DNA of 64,000 bases, taken from an uncultured Trueperaceae bacterium. GTDB lineage: Bacteria > Deinococcota > Deinococci > Deinococcales > Trueperaceae. Positions 18,982 through 28,239 of the stretch are shown here, piece after piece. Every line of letters starts with the position of its first letter. Positions within the stretch are counted from its first letter, which is position 1. The stretch lies in NCBI GenBank assembly GCA_963815215.1, contig CAWFFU010000003.1:832001-896000 (forward strand), read 5' to 3'. The notes beneath the pieces are model-generated. The model worked only from the letters and a program-made list of their open reading frames with translations, was not told the origin of the DNA and did no database searches. The position numbers were made by a program, and so were the translations under genes.

Positions 18982-20043
18982 ATGGCCGTGGACGTCCGGA
19001 CGATGAAGCCGGCGCCCGGCCGGCGCAGCGACGAGGGGTGGCGTTTCCTGGTGCGGGTCCGCTACCCGCTGGTGCTGTTCGCTACCGTCGTACTCCTGGG
19101 CACGGTCGCCTTCAAGCTGACGTGGTTGCCCTTCGGCGCGTCCTGGATGGACGCGCTGTACATGACGTTCATCACCGTGACGACCGTGGGGTACGCCGAG
19201 CTCTACCCGCTCGGTACCGCCGGGCGGGCGGTGGCGATCGTGGTGGCGGTGGCCGGCATCGGCAGCCTCTTCTACCTGCTGGCGGCTGTGATGGAGTTCC
19301 TGGTGGCGCAGCAGGTGCGCGACCCGCTGGGGAGGAGAACCATGAGACAACGCATCGCGGCGATGAGCGCTCACGTGGTGGTGGTCGGCTACGGCCGCAT
19401 GGGTCGGCGCTCGGCCGAGGAACTGGCGCACGAGCACGTTCCGTACGTCGTCGTCGACTCCGACCCCGCCGTGGGAAGCGTCCTTCAGGACGCGGGCGTG
19501 CCCTTCGTCATCGGTGACGGCGACGAGGAGGAGGTGCTCCTCGAGGCCGGACTGGCGCGCGCTCGCGGCGTGGTGGTCGCCACCAACAGCGACGCCACCA
19601 ACGCCTTCGTCGTGATGACGGCTCGCTCGCTCAACGCCGACCTGACCATCGTGGCTCGCGCCGATGACGCCGCCGCCGTCCGCAAGCTCGAGCGGGCGGG
19701 CGCCGATCGCGCCATCGACCTCTACACGCTGGGCGGACGACGCCTCGCCAATACGGTGGTGCGTCCCGCCACGGTCGACTTCCTGCATGGCACACTGCGC
19801 GAGCGCCGCGGCGAGCTCGCCATCGAGGAGGAGCCGGTGGCCGAGGGCAGCGAGCTCGCCGGCCGCACGCTGCGTCAGCTCGACTTGCGGCAGCGCACCG
19901 GGGCCAGCGTTCTGGCCGTGTTCCGGGGCAACGAGACGCATCCGAACCCGGAGTCGGAGTTCGTCCTCGAAACCGGCGACCGGCTCCTGGTGATGGCGAC
20001 CGTGGAGCAGATCAGCGCCCTGCGGAAGCTGTCCCGCCCCTGA
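18982..20043 (+). CDS. Potassium channel protein (2-TM pore plus RCK/TrkA N and C domains)
   Basis: DALYMTFITVTTVGY pore helix, HVVVVGYGRMG, DATNAFVVMTAR, KLERAGAD, NPESEFVLETGD. Confidence 0.88.
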   Translation: MAVDVRTMKPAPGRRSDEGWRFLVRVRYPLVLFATVVLLGTVAFKLTWLPFGASWMDALYMTFITVTTVGYAELYPLGTAGRAVAIVVAVAGIGSLFYLLAAVMEFLVAQQVRDPLGRRTMRQRIAAMSAHVVVVGYGRMGRRSAEELAHEHVPYVVVDSDPAVGSVLQDAGVPFVIGDGDEEEVLLEAGLARARGVVVATNSDATNAFVVMTARSLNADLTIVARADDAAAVRKLERAGADRAIDLYTLGGRRLANTVVRPATVDFLHGTLRERRGELAIEEEPVAEGSELAGRTLRQLDLRQRTGASVLAVFRGNETHPNPESEFVLETGDRLLVMATVEQISALRKLSRP

Positions 20044-20116
20044 CGGCGGGCGCCCGACGCTCGGCGCTGTCCCGTCCGATGGCGCGCCGGCCGCCGCGGT
20101 TGGGTACACTCGCGCC

Positions 20117-21475
20117 ATGACGCTTGGATCCGATGCCGGTCGCGACACCGGCCCGCACGACAACGCAGCCGACGACGCCGCCCCGGGAGAGCGGGCACCG
20201 CTCGCCACCGGCGAGGCCACGGACAGTGGCGCCGCCGAGGATGGGAACGGCCCCGCCGAGCTGGCCGCCATCGTCGGCGATCAGCCCTTCGTGGAGGTGG
20301 ACGCCCACGGCGTGCGCTTCACGCTGCTGGGGACCGCCCACGTATCCCGGTCGAGCGCGGATGTGGTGGCGAGGCTGACCCGAAGCGGGCACTTCGACGC
20401 CGTGGCCATCGAGCTCGATGCGGGCCGTTTCGCGGCGTTGACCGATGCCGATCGCTGGGCCAAGATGGACCTCTTCCGGGTCTTCCGTGAAGGCAAGGCG
20501 GGGATGGTGGCGGCCAACCTGGCGCTCGGTGCGTTCCAGCAGCGGCTCGCCGATCAGCTCGGCATCGAGCCCGGCGCCGAGATGAAGGCCGCCATCGAGG
20601 GCGCGCGCGAGGCCGGACTGCCGCTCCAGCTAGTGGACCGCGACATCGGCGTGACGCTGCGCCGGGTCTATGCCAACGTTCCCTGGTGGCAACGGTTGAC
20701 GATCCTGGCAGGACTGGCGGCCAGCGTGCTGAGTCGCGAGGAGATCAGCGAGGAGGAGATCGAGCGCCTCAAGGAGGGCGATATGCTCGAGGCGACCTTC
20801 ACCGAGTTCGCCGAGCGCAGCGAGCGTCTCTACCTGCCACTCATCGCCGAGCGCGACCGCTACATCGCTGCGCGGCTCGAGCAGGAAGCCGCCGGCCTCG
20901 CCGGAGCCGAGACGCGCGCGAACGTGCTGGTCGTGCTGGGAGCGGGGCACCTCCAGGGCGTGGCGGAGACCTTGCGCCAGCCGCAGGATCCGGGCCCGGC
21001 CGAGCGCATCGCGGCGCTGTCTCAGGTGCCTCGCGGACGCCGTTGGGGGAAGATCGTTCCCTGGCTCATCGTGGCCGTGGTGATGGTCGGGTTCGTGCTC
21101 GGTTTCGCGCGGAGCCCGGCGTTGGGGCTCTCACTGCTGGCAGACTGGGTGGTCATCAACGGGGGCCTCGCCGCTATCGGCGCCCTCATCGCGCTGGCGC
21201 ACCCGATCACCATCCTGGTGACGGCGCTGGCGGCTCCCCTCACCTCGCTCAACCCGCTGGTGGGGGCCGGCTTCGTCGCGGCCGGCGTCGAGCTGTGGCT
21301 GCGCAGGCCCAACGTCGGCGACTTCTCGACGCTACGCCAGGACGTCACCAGCGTCCGTGGTTGGTGGCGCAACCGGGTCGCGAGAACGTTCCTGGTGTTC
21401 CTCCTGGCCACGCTCGGCTCGGCGATCGGCACCTACCTGGCCGGCTTCCGCATCTTCGGTCGCCTGCTCGGCTGA
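20117..21475 (+). CDS. TraB/GumN family protein (pheromone-shutdown TraB-like)
   Basis: LLGTAHVS, VAIELD..R, EPGAEM, DRDIGVTLRR, LIAERDRY, VLGAGH.GV, C-terminal TM block APLTSLNP. Confidence 0.88.
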   Translation: MTLGSDAGRDTGPHDNAADDAAPGERAPLATGEATDSGAAEDGNGPAELAAIVGDQPFVEVDAHGVRFTLLGTAHVSRSSADVVARLTRSGHFDAVAIELDAGRFAALTDADRWAKMDLFRVFREGKAGMVAANLALGAFQQRLADQLGIEPGAEMKAAIEGAREAGLPLQLVDRDIGVTLRRVYANVPWWQRLTILAGLAASVLSREEISEEEIERLKEGDMLEATFTEFAERSERLYLPLIAERDRYIAARLEQEAAGLAGAETRANVLVVLGAGHLQGVAETLRQPQDPGPAERIAALSQVPRGRRWGKIVPWLIVAVVMVGFVLGFARSPALGLSLLADWVVINGGLAAIGALIALAHPITILVTALAAPLTSLNPLVGAGFVAAGVELWLRRPNVGDFSTLRQDVTSVRGWWRNRVARTFLVFLLATLGSAIGTYLAGFRIFGRLLG

Positions 21476-21506
21476 GCGACCGCCACGCTACCTACCATCG
21501 ACCTTC

Positions 21507-21552
21507 TGCGTGAACGGGCGGCTCCCCACAGGGGGACCCGCCCGTTCACGCA
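21507..21552. terminator. Long hairpin between convergent genes (probable bidirectional terminator)
   Basis: TGCGTGAACGGGCGG ... CCGCCCGTTCACGCA, 15-bp inverted repeat. Confidence 0.7.
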
Positions 21553-21564
21553 ACCGCCCAGCTG

Positions 21565-23862
21565 CTACTGGGAGGTCGGCTTGGGCTCGGCCGGCGTCCC
21601 GTCGAGCACCCACTGCGCGTAGGCATCGACGAAGGTGAAGCTGGTGTTCCGGGCGCCCGACGCGAGCAGGTAGTGGAGGAAGTCGGCCACATCCTGCGTC
21701 GTGCTCCGCTGGAAGACCTGGGAACCCGACAGCCCCTCGAACCGTCCCGTGGTCGCCTTGGGGAGGGCCTGCTCGGCCTCGTTGGCCGTGGCCCTCAGCT
21801 CCTGCACGAGGATGCCCGAGAGCGCGCCGGGATGCTGGAGATCACCCCCGCCGTAGAGCTTGGCACCGGTATCGAGCGAGGTCATGTCGATGCCACGTCC
21901 GAGGAGCTGGCGCAGCGCCTCCGGCGCACCAGCCACCTCGAGCGTGGTCTGTACCGTCACGCTGCGGCCGTCGCTCGACCGCGCGGCGATCTCCAGGCGG
22001 AAGCTGCCGGGGCTGAGATCGGCGGGCAGCGTCAAGGCCTGGTCATCGACCACGAACCCGACGGCGTTGCTGGGGACGGTGAGCTGTTCCGTGGCTGTGG
22101 CCAGCGCGGCACCATCGCCACCGAGCAGGCGGTAGCTCACGCTCACCTGCCTGGGCAGGGCATCACCGGGCGTGCTGAGCTCGAAGCTCGGGTAGACCGC
22201 GTCACCCGGGTGGTAGGGCGCAGCGTCGGGACCGCGTTGCCCGAGCGTGAGCTTCACCGCGCCGTTCAGCTCCATGGGCGGCGGCGGAGCGCTCAACACC
22301 TTGACGCGGTGTTCGGCCTCGCTCCGGAGCGGCGCGCCCGCGGCGGTGGCGTCGAGATAGGCCTGGTAGGAGTCCCGCGCTTTCGACCGCTGGCCGTCGG
22401 CCTCGTACAACCGCGCCAGCGCGAAGTGCACGCCCGACCTATCGGGGAAGCGCGTGCGGGCACGTTCGAGGTCGTGGATCGCTTCCTGGTCCACCTTGGG
22501 GTCGACGCGCAGGGCGGCGCTGTAGTCCGACAAGCCGGCCTCCAGGTGGCCGGTCACGACCTTCACCAACCCCAGGTTGTACGCCGCGATCGACTGCCTC
22601 GCATCGAGGTCGAGTGCCTTCTGGGACGCCTGCTGGCTGCGGTCGAAGAACCCGAGGAGGTAGTACGACCACCCCAGGTTGGTCCAGTACAGGGCGTTGG
22701 AGGGAGCGAGCTCGACCGCTACCCGCAGGGCTTCCGCCGCGGCGAGCGGCTGGTCCTGGTCGAAGGCGATATAGGACAGGCGCTCGAAACTGTAGGTGAG
22801 GAAGGGCGCGGCGTGGCTGAGCGCCCGGAGCGCGCTCTTCTCGCGTTCGACCAGCTTCGCCTGCTGGGCCGCCACGGAAACGCCGAGCAGCGAGGCCGGG
22901 CCCGCCGCGCCGTTCGAGGCGCGGGTCAGCACCGCGTCGATGTCGGCCGACACTCCGTCGATGCCGCGATCGTTACGGTACGCCGCACGCGCAGCCAGGC
23001 CGAACGGGTAGCTCTGTGCGGCGCGGTCGAAGGCCGCCGTCGCGCCCTGTTTGTCGTTGACGCTGCTGTCGAGCGCACCGATCCACACTTGCGCCACCGG
23101 CAGACCGGTAGCATCGAGAGCCTTCTGGAACAGCGCCACGCTGCGCGTCGCGACGAGCTGAGACAGGCTGAGTGAGATCACCGCCATGCGGAGCGGGTCC
23201 TTGCCTTCACCGCTGCCGAGCACGGCGTCGAGATCGTCGGCCAGACGCTGCGCCCGGGCCGACAGCTCCCCCTGCTGCGCCAGTTGCGACAACAGGTTGC
23301 CGGCGTCCTGCGGCAGGCCGGCGGACACCAGGGCGAGGGCCCGCACGTACTGGCCGTACGCGCCCGACAGATCGAGGGTCGTGTCGACCTTGGGGACGCC
23401 GAGGCCCAGTGTCGATGCCACCGAGCCGGCGGCCTCCCGCGCCAGCAGGCCGGGCGCATCCTTGGGCGCATCGAGGGTGACGCGCCGCAGCCCCGATCCC
23501 GAGGCGATCTCGAGCGACAGCCGGTAGCCCTGGTCGGTGATGGCGATGTTGCCTGTGACGGCGACGTCGGCGCCTGTCGCACCACGGATCAGACTCGCGC
23601 CGCTGGGACCGGTCATGGCGCCGGAGCCCACCAGCGTGACCAGATTGATGAAGCCGCCCTGCGCGACGAGCGGGGGCACGAGCCCGGGCGCTATCTCGGG
23701 ACCGACCACCGTAGCTCGACCGTCGAACGCCGCGGCCACGCGATCGGCCACCGCAACGCCCAGCAACGTGTCCTGGCTGTCGAAGGGGTACACCACCACG
23801 CTCGACGCCAGCGCGCCGGCGCTCAGAAGCAGGGTCGAGAGGACGAGCAACCACCTGCGCAT
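21565..23862 (-). CDS. Secreted tetratricopeptide-repeat protein
   Basis: Signal peptide. TPR motifs ALYWTNLGWSYYLLG, AAYNLGLV, VHFALARLYEADG. Beta-rich C-terminal domain. Confidence 0.8.
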   Translation of the reverse strand: MRRWLLVLSTLLLSAGALASSVVVYPFDSQDTLLGVAVADRVAAAFDGRATVVGPEIAPGLVPPLVAQGGFINLVTLVGSGAMTGPSGASLIRGATGADVAVTGNIAITDQGYRLSLEIASGSGLRRVTLDAPKDAPGLLAREAAGSVASTLGLGVPKVDTTLDLSGAYGQYVRALALVSAGLPQDAGNLLSQLAQQGELSARAQRLADDLDAVLGSGEGKDPLRMAVISLSLSQLVATRSVALFQKALDATGLPVAQVWIGALDSSVNDKQGATAAFDRAAQSYPFGLAARAAYRNDRGIDGVSADIDAVLTRASNGAAGPASLLGVSVAAQQAKLVEREKSALRALSHAAPFLTYSFERLSYIAFDQDQPLAAAEALRVAVELAPSNALYWTNLGWSYYLLGFFDRSQQASQKALDLDARQSIAAYNLGLVKVVTGHLEAGLSDYSAALRVDPKVDQEAIHDLERARTRFPDRSGVHFALARLYEADGQRSKARDSYQAYLDATAAGAPLRSEAEHRVKVLSAPPPPMELNGAVKLTLGQRGPDAAPYHPGDAVYPSFELSTPGDALPRQVSVSYRLLGGDGAALATATEQLTVPSNAVGFVVDDQALTLPADLSPGSFRLEIAARSSDGRSVTVQTTLEVAGAPEALRQLLGRGIDMTSLDTGAKLYGGGDLQHPGALSGILVQELRATANEAEQALPKATTGRFEGLSGSQVFQRSTTQDVADFLHYLLASGARNTSFTFVDAYAQWVLDGTPAEPKPTSQ

Positions 23863-23958
23863 GCGGGCCTCCTATGGGCGCTCAGGCTAGCACGCGTGCC
23901 CACGGCAACGTGGCGTCCCAGCGTCCATCCACCGGGCGCGCGCCGGACCTCGGCAGCG

Positions 23959-24417
23959 TCACTCCAGGAGGGCTTCGAACTCCTCGAGCAGGTGGACAGC
24001 GCGCTCTTCGCTGCGGGCGATCACCAGGATGGTGTTCTGTCCGGCGAGCGTCCCGACGATCTCATCGCGGTCGAGTTTGTCGAGGACGAAGGCGATCCCC
24101 GACGCGTGGCCCTCGTCGGTCCTGATGACCAGGATGTTCGCGCCCCGGTCCAGATCGCGCACGAACAGCCGGAAGCGCTGACTGAGCTCGCCCACCACGT
24201 CCTCCTGGGCGGTAAGCGGCGTCGACCGGTAGCGGTGCTGGCCGTTGCCTGCGGGCAGGCGAACCAGCCTCAGTTCGTTGACGTCACGACTGATGGTGGC
24301 CTGCGTGACCTTGATGCCTCGCTTCGCCAGGTGCTCGGCGATCTCGGCCTGCGTCGAGATGAACTCGTTCTCGACCAGCTCCGCGATGAGGCGTTGTCTG
24401 TACTCTTTACTCGGCAT
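23959..24417 (-). CDS. argR: Arginine repressor
   Basis: STQAEI, VTQATISRD, VIRTDEGHA, IVGTLAG.NTILVI. Confidence 0.93.
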   Translation of the reverse strand: MPSKEYRQRLIAELVENEFISTQAEIAEHLAKRGIKVTQATISRDVNELRLVRLPAGNGQHRYRSTPLTAQEDVVGELSQRFRLFVRDLDRGANILVIRTDEGHASGIAFVLDKLDRDEIVGTLAGQNTILVIARSEERAVHLLEEFEALLE

Positions 24418-24431
24418 ATTTATTCAGTATA
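24411..24431 (-). promoter_or_regulatory. argR -10 box and ARG-box-like operator overlapping the start codon
   Basis: Minus strand reads TATACTGAATAAATATGCCGA: TATACT plus TGAAT-AAAT-ATGC in an otherwise GC-rich context. Confidence 0.65.
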
Positions 24432-24459
24432 CCTGTTACCGAGCCACGCCGCGCGTCTC

Positions 24460-25692
24460 CTACTCCACGCGCTCGGCGAGCCGTGCGGCCGCACGATCGA
24501 GGATCGCGTCGGCCAGGTCGCGTTTCGACATCCGCGGCCACGCCTCCGACGAGCCGTCCGGGCGCACCAGGATGACCTCGTTCTCGGCAGCACCGAACCC
24601 GACACCGGGGCGCGCAGGGTAGTTCAGCACGATGAACGCGAGCCCCTTGTCACGCGCCTTGCGGGCCGCCCGTTCCACGCCCTCGTGCGTCTCCATCGCG
24701 AAGCCGACGACGATCTGACGCCGCCGCCGCGTCGCCAGTGTCGCCAGGATGTCGGGCGTGCGCACCAGCCGCAGCGAACGGTCCCCTTCCGTCTTGGGCT
24801 CCTTGCGCTCCGAGCGGTCCGCCGGGCGCCAGTCGCCGACCGCGGCGCTCATCACCAGCAGGTCGCTATCGTCGAAGCGTTCGGCCAGCGCAGCCAGCAT
24901 CCCGTCGGCGTCCTCGACGCGCACGACGTGCACGCCCGGCGGATCGGGGAGGGCGGAAGGCCCGCTCACCAGCGTGACGGCAGCGCCGCGGGCCCGCGCG
25001 GCCTCCGCCAGCGCGAACCCCGTTCTCCCGCTCGACGGGTTGCTGATGAAACGCACCGGGTCGAGGTACTCGCGGGTCGGTCCGGCCGACACCAGCACCC
25101 GAACGTCGCGCAGGTCACGATCGAAGGGGATCCCCAGCGCCGCGGACACGATCGCGTCCGGCTCGGCCATGCGCCCCACTCCCTCGCCCTCCTCGGCGCT
25201 CGCCAACGGTCCCTGCACCGGCCCGACGAAATCGTGGCCCAACCGGGCCAGCGTCTCCACGTTGTGCTGCACCCGTGCATGGCCCCACATCGACGGGTTC
25301 ATGGCGGGCGCCCAGAGCACCCGCGGCACGCCGGCGACGATCAGCGCCGAGATCACGTCGTGGGCCCTACCCGCTGCGGCGTTCGCCAGCGCATCGGCCG
25401 TCGCCGGAGCGACGATCAAGCCGTCGGCCCAGCGCGACCACTCGAGGTGCCGAACCTGTCCGTCCGCGGCGAACCAACGTTCCCGGTCGAAGACCTCACT
25501 ACCCGACGCGACCGCGAGCGAAAGAGGCGTCACGAACGCGTAGGCATCGGGCGTCGCCGCCGCCCGGACCTCGCACCCCGCCTGCCGGAGTCGCCGCACG
25601 AGCGTGGGCGTCTTGATCGCCGCCACGCCACCGCTCGCAGCGACGATGAGACGGGGTCTACTCCTCGTCGGCCGGCTCGGGTCGGGCAACAC
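24460..25692 (-). CDS. coaBC: Phosphopantothenoylcysteine decarboxylase/ligase
   Basis: SGGVAAIK, VAPATAD.LA, APAMNPSMW, GRMAEP, SAGPTREYLDPVRFISNPSSG.TG, AAVGDW, VGFAMET. Confidence 0.94.
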   Translation of the reverse strand: MLPDPSRPTRSRPRLIVAASGGVAAIKTPTLVRRLRQAGCEVRAAATPDAYAFVTPLSLAVASGSEVFDRERWFAADGQVRHLEWSRWADGLIVAPATADALANAAAGRAHDVISALIVAGVPRVLWAPAMNPSMWGHARVQHNVETLARLGHDFVGPVQGPLASAEEGEGVGRMAEPDAIVSAALGIPFDRDLRDVRVLVSAGPTREYLDPVRFISNPSSGRTGFALAEAARARGAAVTLVSGPSALPDPPGVHVVRVEDADGMLAALAERFDDSDLLVMSAAVGDWRPADRSERKEPKTEGDRSLRLVRTPDILATLATRRRRQIVVGFAMETHEGVERAARKARDKGLAFIVLNYPARPGVGFGAAENEVILVRPDGSSEAWPRMSKRDLADAILDRAAARLAERVE

Positions 25693-25957
25693 CGAAGCTC
25701 GGTTCCTCCGGGCGCCGCTCCACCAGCCTCCGCAGATCGTCGGCGCTGGGAAGCTCATCGCCCCACAAGATGTCGTGGGTCGTCTCGAGCTCCTTCATGG
25801 CGATGCTCACGGTGTTGCTGGTGCGCGGCGCGGCATCGCTGTCGAGCGTCGTCGGGATGCCGGCCTTGAGCTGCGCGGCACGGCGCGCCACGATCATCGA
25901 CAGCCGGTATCGCGAATCCGTCAACGCCATCAGGGTGTCGTAGCCTTCCTGGGCCAC
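25658..25957 (-). CDS. rpoZ: RNA polymerase omega subunit
   Basis: GGAGGAGG RBS. AQEGYDTLMALTDSRYRLSMIVARRAAQL, located between gmk and coaBC. Confidence 0.92.
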   Translation of the reverse strand: MAQEGYDTLMALTDSRYRLSMIVARRAAQLKAGIPTTLDSDAAPRTSNTVSIAMKELETTHDILWGDELPSADDLRRLVERRPEEPSFGVARPEPADEE

Positions 25958-26145
25958 CGGAACCTCCTCCGCAGGCCGTAGCCCGCCGGCAACGCCCCGA
26001 AGGGCGCGCATCCTCGAGATCGGGCCGCCGATCCCCCTAGGGGGCGACCTCCGAACAGGTGATTCTACACGACGGTGGCGCTCCCCGGCGTGCGCTCCGG
26101 GGCTTCGGGCGGGCGGGCGAACACGAATCGGGCGCGAATCGGGCG

Positions 26146-26787
26146 CTACTCGCGCCGGGCCTCGGTCTCCCGCAGGAAGGCCTCGACCGCGCGCTCACTC
26201 AGATGGGCGGCACGCGCACGTTCCGCCTCGATGATGCTGTCGAACAGCCGCACCGCGTCCTCGAGCTCGTCGTTGACGATGGCGAAATCGAACTCCCGCA
26301 CCGCACGGATCTCTTCGCGGGCCCGTCGCAGGCGCTTCTGGATCTTCTCCTCGCTGTCGGTTCCGCGGCCGCGCAGCCTGCGCTCGAGCTCGAACAGCGA
26401 CGGCGGCGCGATGAACACCATCACGGCCTCCGGCATCTTGCGCTTGACCTTGCGGGCGCCCACCAGCTCCAACTCGAGCAGCACGTCGTTGCCCTCGGCC
26501 AGGCTACGGCGCACCGGCCCGGCCGGCGTGCCATAGTAGTCGCCGACGTAGTCGGCGTATTCCAGCAGATCGTCACGGGCGATCATGTCCTCGAAGGTGT
26601 CGCGGTCGTAGAAGAAGTACTGCTCGCCGTGCACCTCACCCTGCCGGCGGGCGCGCGTGGTGGCGGAGATCGAGTAGCTGAGGTTGTCGATCCGGGGCAA
26701 CGCCGCCCGTCGGATGGTGTCCTTTCCGACGCCCGACGCGCCGGTCATCACGAACAGGATGCCCTTGCTGCGAGACTGCTCTTCCAC
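26146..26787 (-). CDS. gmk: Guanylate kinase
   Basis: GASGVGKDT, SISATTRARR.GE..G..YFF, YYGTP, FIAPPS..ELERRLRGRGTDS. Confidence 0.95.
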   Translation of the reverse strand: MEEQSRSKGILFVMTGASGVGKDTIRRAALPRIDNLSYSISATTRARRQGEVHGEQYFFYDRDTFEDMIARDDLLEYADYVGDYYGTPAGPVRRSLAEGNDVLLELELVGARKVKRKMPEAVMVFIAPPSLFELERRLRGRGTDSEEKIQKRLRRAREEIRAVREFDFAIVNDELEDAVRLFDSIIEAERARAAHLSERAVEAFLRETEARRE

Positions 26788-26929
26788 CGTGCGTTGCGCT
26801 CCCTCGAGGTGTGCGGTATCGCCGGGCCCGGACGGGTCCAACCGTTCGACGCGGCGTCCCGGCACGGTCCCTGAAGGACCCGCCGCGTCGGGCTGGACGC
26901 GACTCTACCACGACCTCCGCGTTCGCCGG

Positions 26930-27304
26930 CTAGCCCTCCGGTGCGTCCGGCGTGGCGTGGTAGGCGTGCAATTGGAGCCGCTCGATCGTCGCCAGGCGGC
27001 CCCAGCGGTCTATGGGCGCGACCTCCTGCTCGACGAAGCGCCTCAACCGTTGCGGCTCATCGACCAGCTCCACCACCAGGGGCTGCCGCTCCGGGCGGTA
27101 GATCTGCACCGTCATCGGGTGATCGAGCCCGTGGCGGCCGAAACCGCTCAAACCCGGCAGCACCGTGGCGCCGCGAAGGCCCTGCCGCCTGGCGGCGCGG
27201 ACCAGCGCCTCGGCCAGGCTCACCTTGCCGACCTTGTCCCCGGCCAGCGTGTAGACACGGAGCAGCGAAGCGCCCTCCATCCCGGCGCGGTGCAGCACCC
27301 TCAC
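26930..27304 (-). CDS. DUF190 (PII-like) protein
   Basis: LLRVY..GDK, GLRGATV..G..GFG, PLVVELVD. Confidence 0.8.
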   Translation of the reverse strand: MRVLHRAGMEGASLLRVYTLAGDKVGKVSLAEALVRAARRQGLRGATVLPGLSGFGRHGLDHPMTVQIYRPERQPLVVELVDEPQRLRRFVEQEVAPIDRWGRLATIERLQLHAYHATPDAPEG

Positions 27305-27669
27305 GGCGCCCGGCCCTCCCCTTCGACGCCGCCGCGCAGCACCGCCACGTGCTCGACCGTGATCAGCCCGCCGCCGCTCAACAACGCGCCCAGGGCTTGC
27401 ACGAACGCGTCGATCCGCTCCCCGTCGTCGACGACCTCCAGCACCATCGGGAGATCGCCCGACAGCCTGAAGGGCTGGGGATGGCGCACCACCGAGTTGG
27501 CGCCGAACCCGAGGCTCCCGCGGAACAGGGTCGCACCCGCGAGACCCGCATCGTGCGCAGCCGCAAGCAGCGCCTCGGAGGCGGGCCGGCCGGAGATCCG
27601 GTCGCTCTCGCCGAAGTAGACGCGCAGCAGCGAGGCGTCGCCGTGAGCGATCGCCCGGCCCACGCTCAC
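27301..27669 (-). CDS. DUF190 (PII-like) protein
   Basis: LLRVYFGESD, GLAGATLFRG.LGFG, RLSGDLPMVLEVVD, GLITVE.V. Confidence 0.88.
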   Translation of the reverse strand: MSVGRAIAHGDASLLRVYFGESDRISGRPASEALLAAAHDAGLAGATLFRGSLGFGANSVVRHPQPFRLSGDLPMVLEVVDDGERIDAFVQALGALLSGGGLITVEHVAVLRGGVEGEGRAP

Positions 27670-28058
27670 GGCGCCCCCGCCAGGCGCAGGGCGGCTGCCC
27701 GCCCCGCCAGGATGGCGAGGTAGCCGACCGCCAGATTGGCCATCACATAGGCACCGGCACGCACGAGTTCGCCCTCTCGCACCAGCAACTGGCTCTCCAG
27801 CTCGAAGGTCGAGAAGGTGGTGAGCGCACCCAGGAAGCCGGTGCCCACGGCGACACGCGCGGCCGGCGACACCAGGCCGCGAAGACCGAGCTCCGTGACG
27901 AAGGCGAGCAGGAAAGAGCCGGTCACGTTGACCAGCAACGTGGCCAGCGGGAATCCGGCGTAGCCGGTCCCCTGTAGAGCTCCCTGTACGACGTTGGTGA
28001 CCAGGTAGCGTGACAGCGCACCGAGCGCGCCCCCCAGCATGACTCCGAGGATGAGCAT
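27666..28058 (-). CDS. crcB: Fluoride efflux channel Fluc/CrcB
   Basis: GGALGALSRY, FPLATLLVNVTGSF, GTGFLGALTTFSTF.LE. Confidence 0.94.
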   Translation of the reverse strand: MLILGVMLGGALGALSRYLVTNVVQGALQGTGYAGFPLATLLVNVTGSFLLAFVTELGLRGLVSPAARVAVGTGFLGALTTFSTFELESQLLVREGELVRAGAYVMANLAVGYLAILAGRAAALRLAGAP

Positions 28059-28087
28059 GAGGACTCCGAAGCGTTCCTGGAGTGGTG

Positions 28088-28146
28088 GATAGGCGTCATC
28101 AGCCGAACGCGGAGCGGTTCATGGAAAGGGTGAACGCCATCACCCC
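28088..28146 (-). ncRNA. Fluoride riboswitch (crcB motif)
   Basis: Minus strand reads GGTGATGGCGTTCACC...AACCGC...GCTGATGACGCCTA directly upstream of crcB. TACACT -10 at 28157-28152. Confidence 0.92.
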
Positions 28147-28239
28147 CGCGGAGTGTATCATCCAACGCGACCGCTCCCCGGCCCCGACCTCGGTCGGGGG
28201 ACAGGGGGGTGGTAGCATGGAATCCCGGGAAGGTGAGGC

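Noticed and set aside
20117..21475. TraB name suggesting a conjugative element
   Set aside because: This is the chromosomal TraB/GumN (pheromone-shutdown-like) family, with no relaxase, T4SS or oriT nearby.
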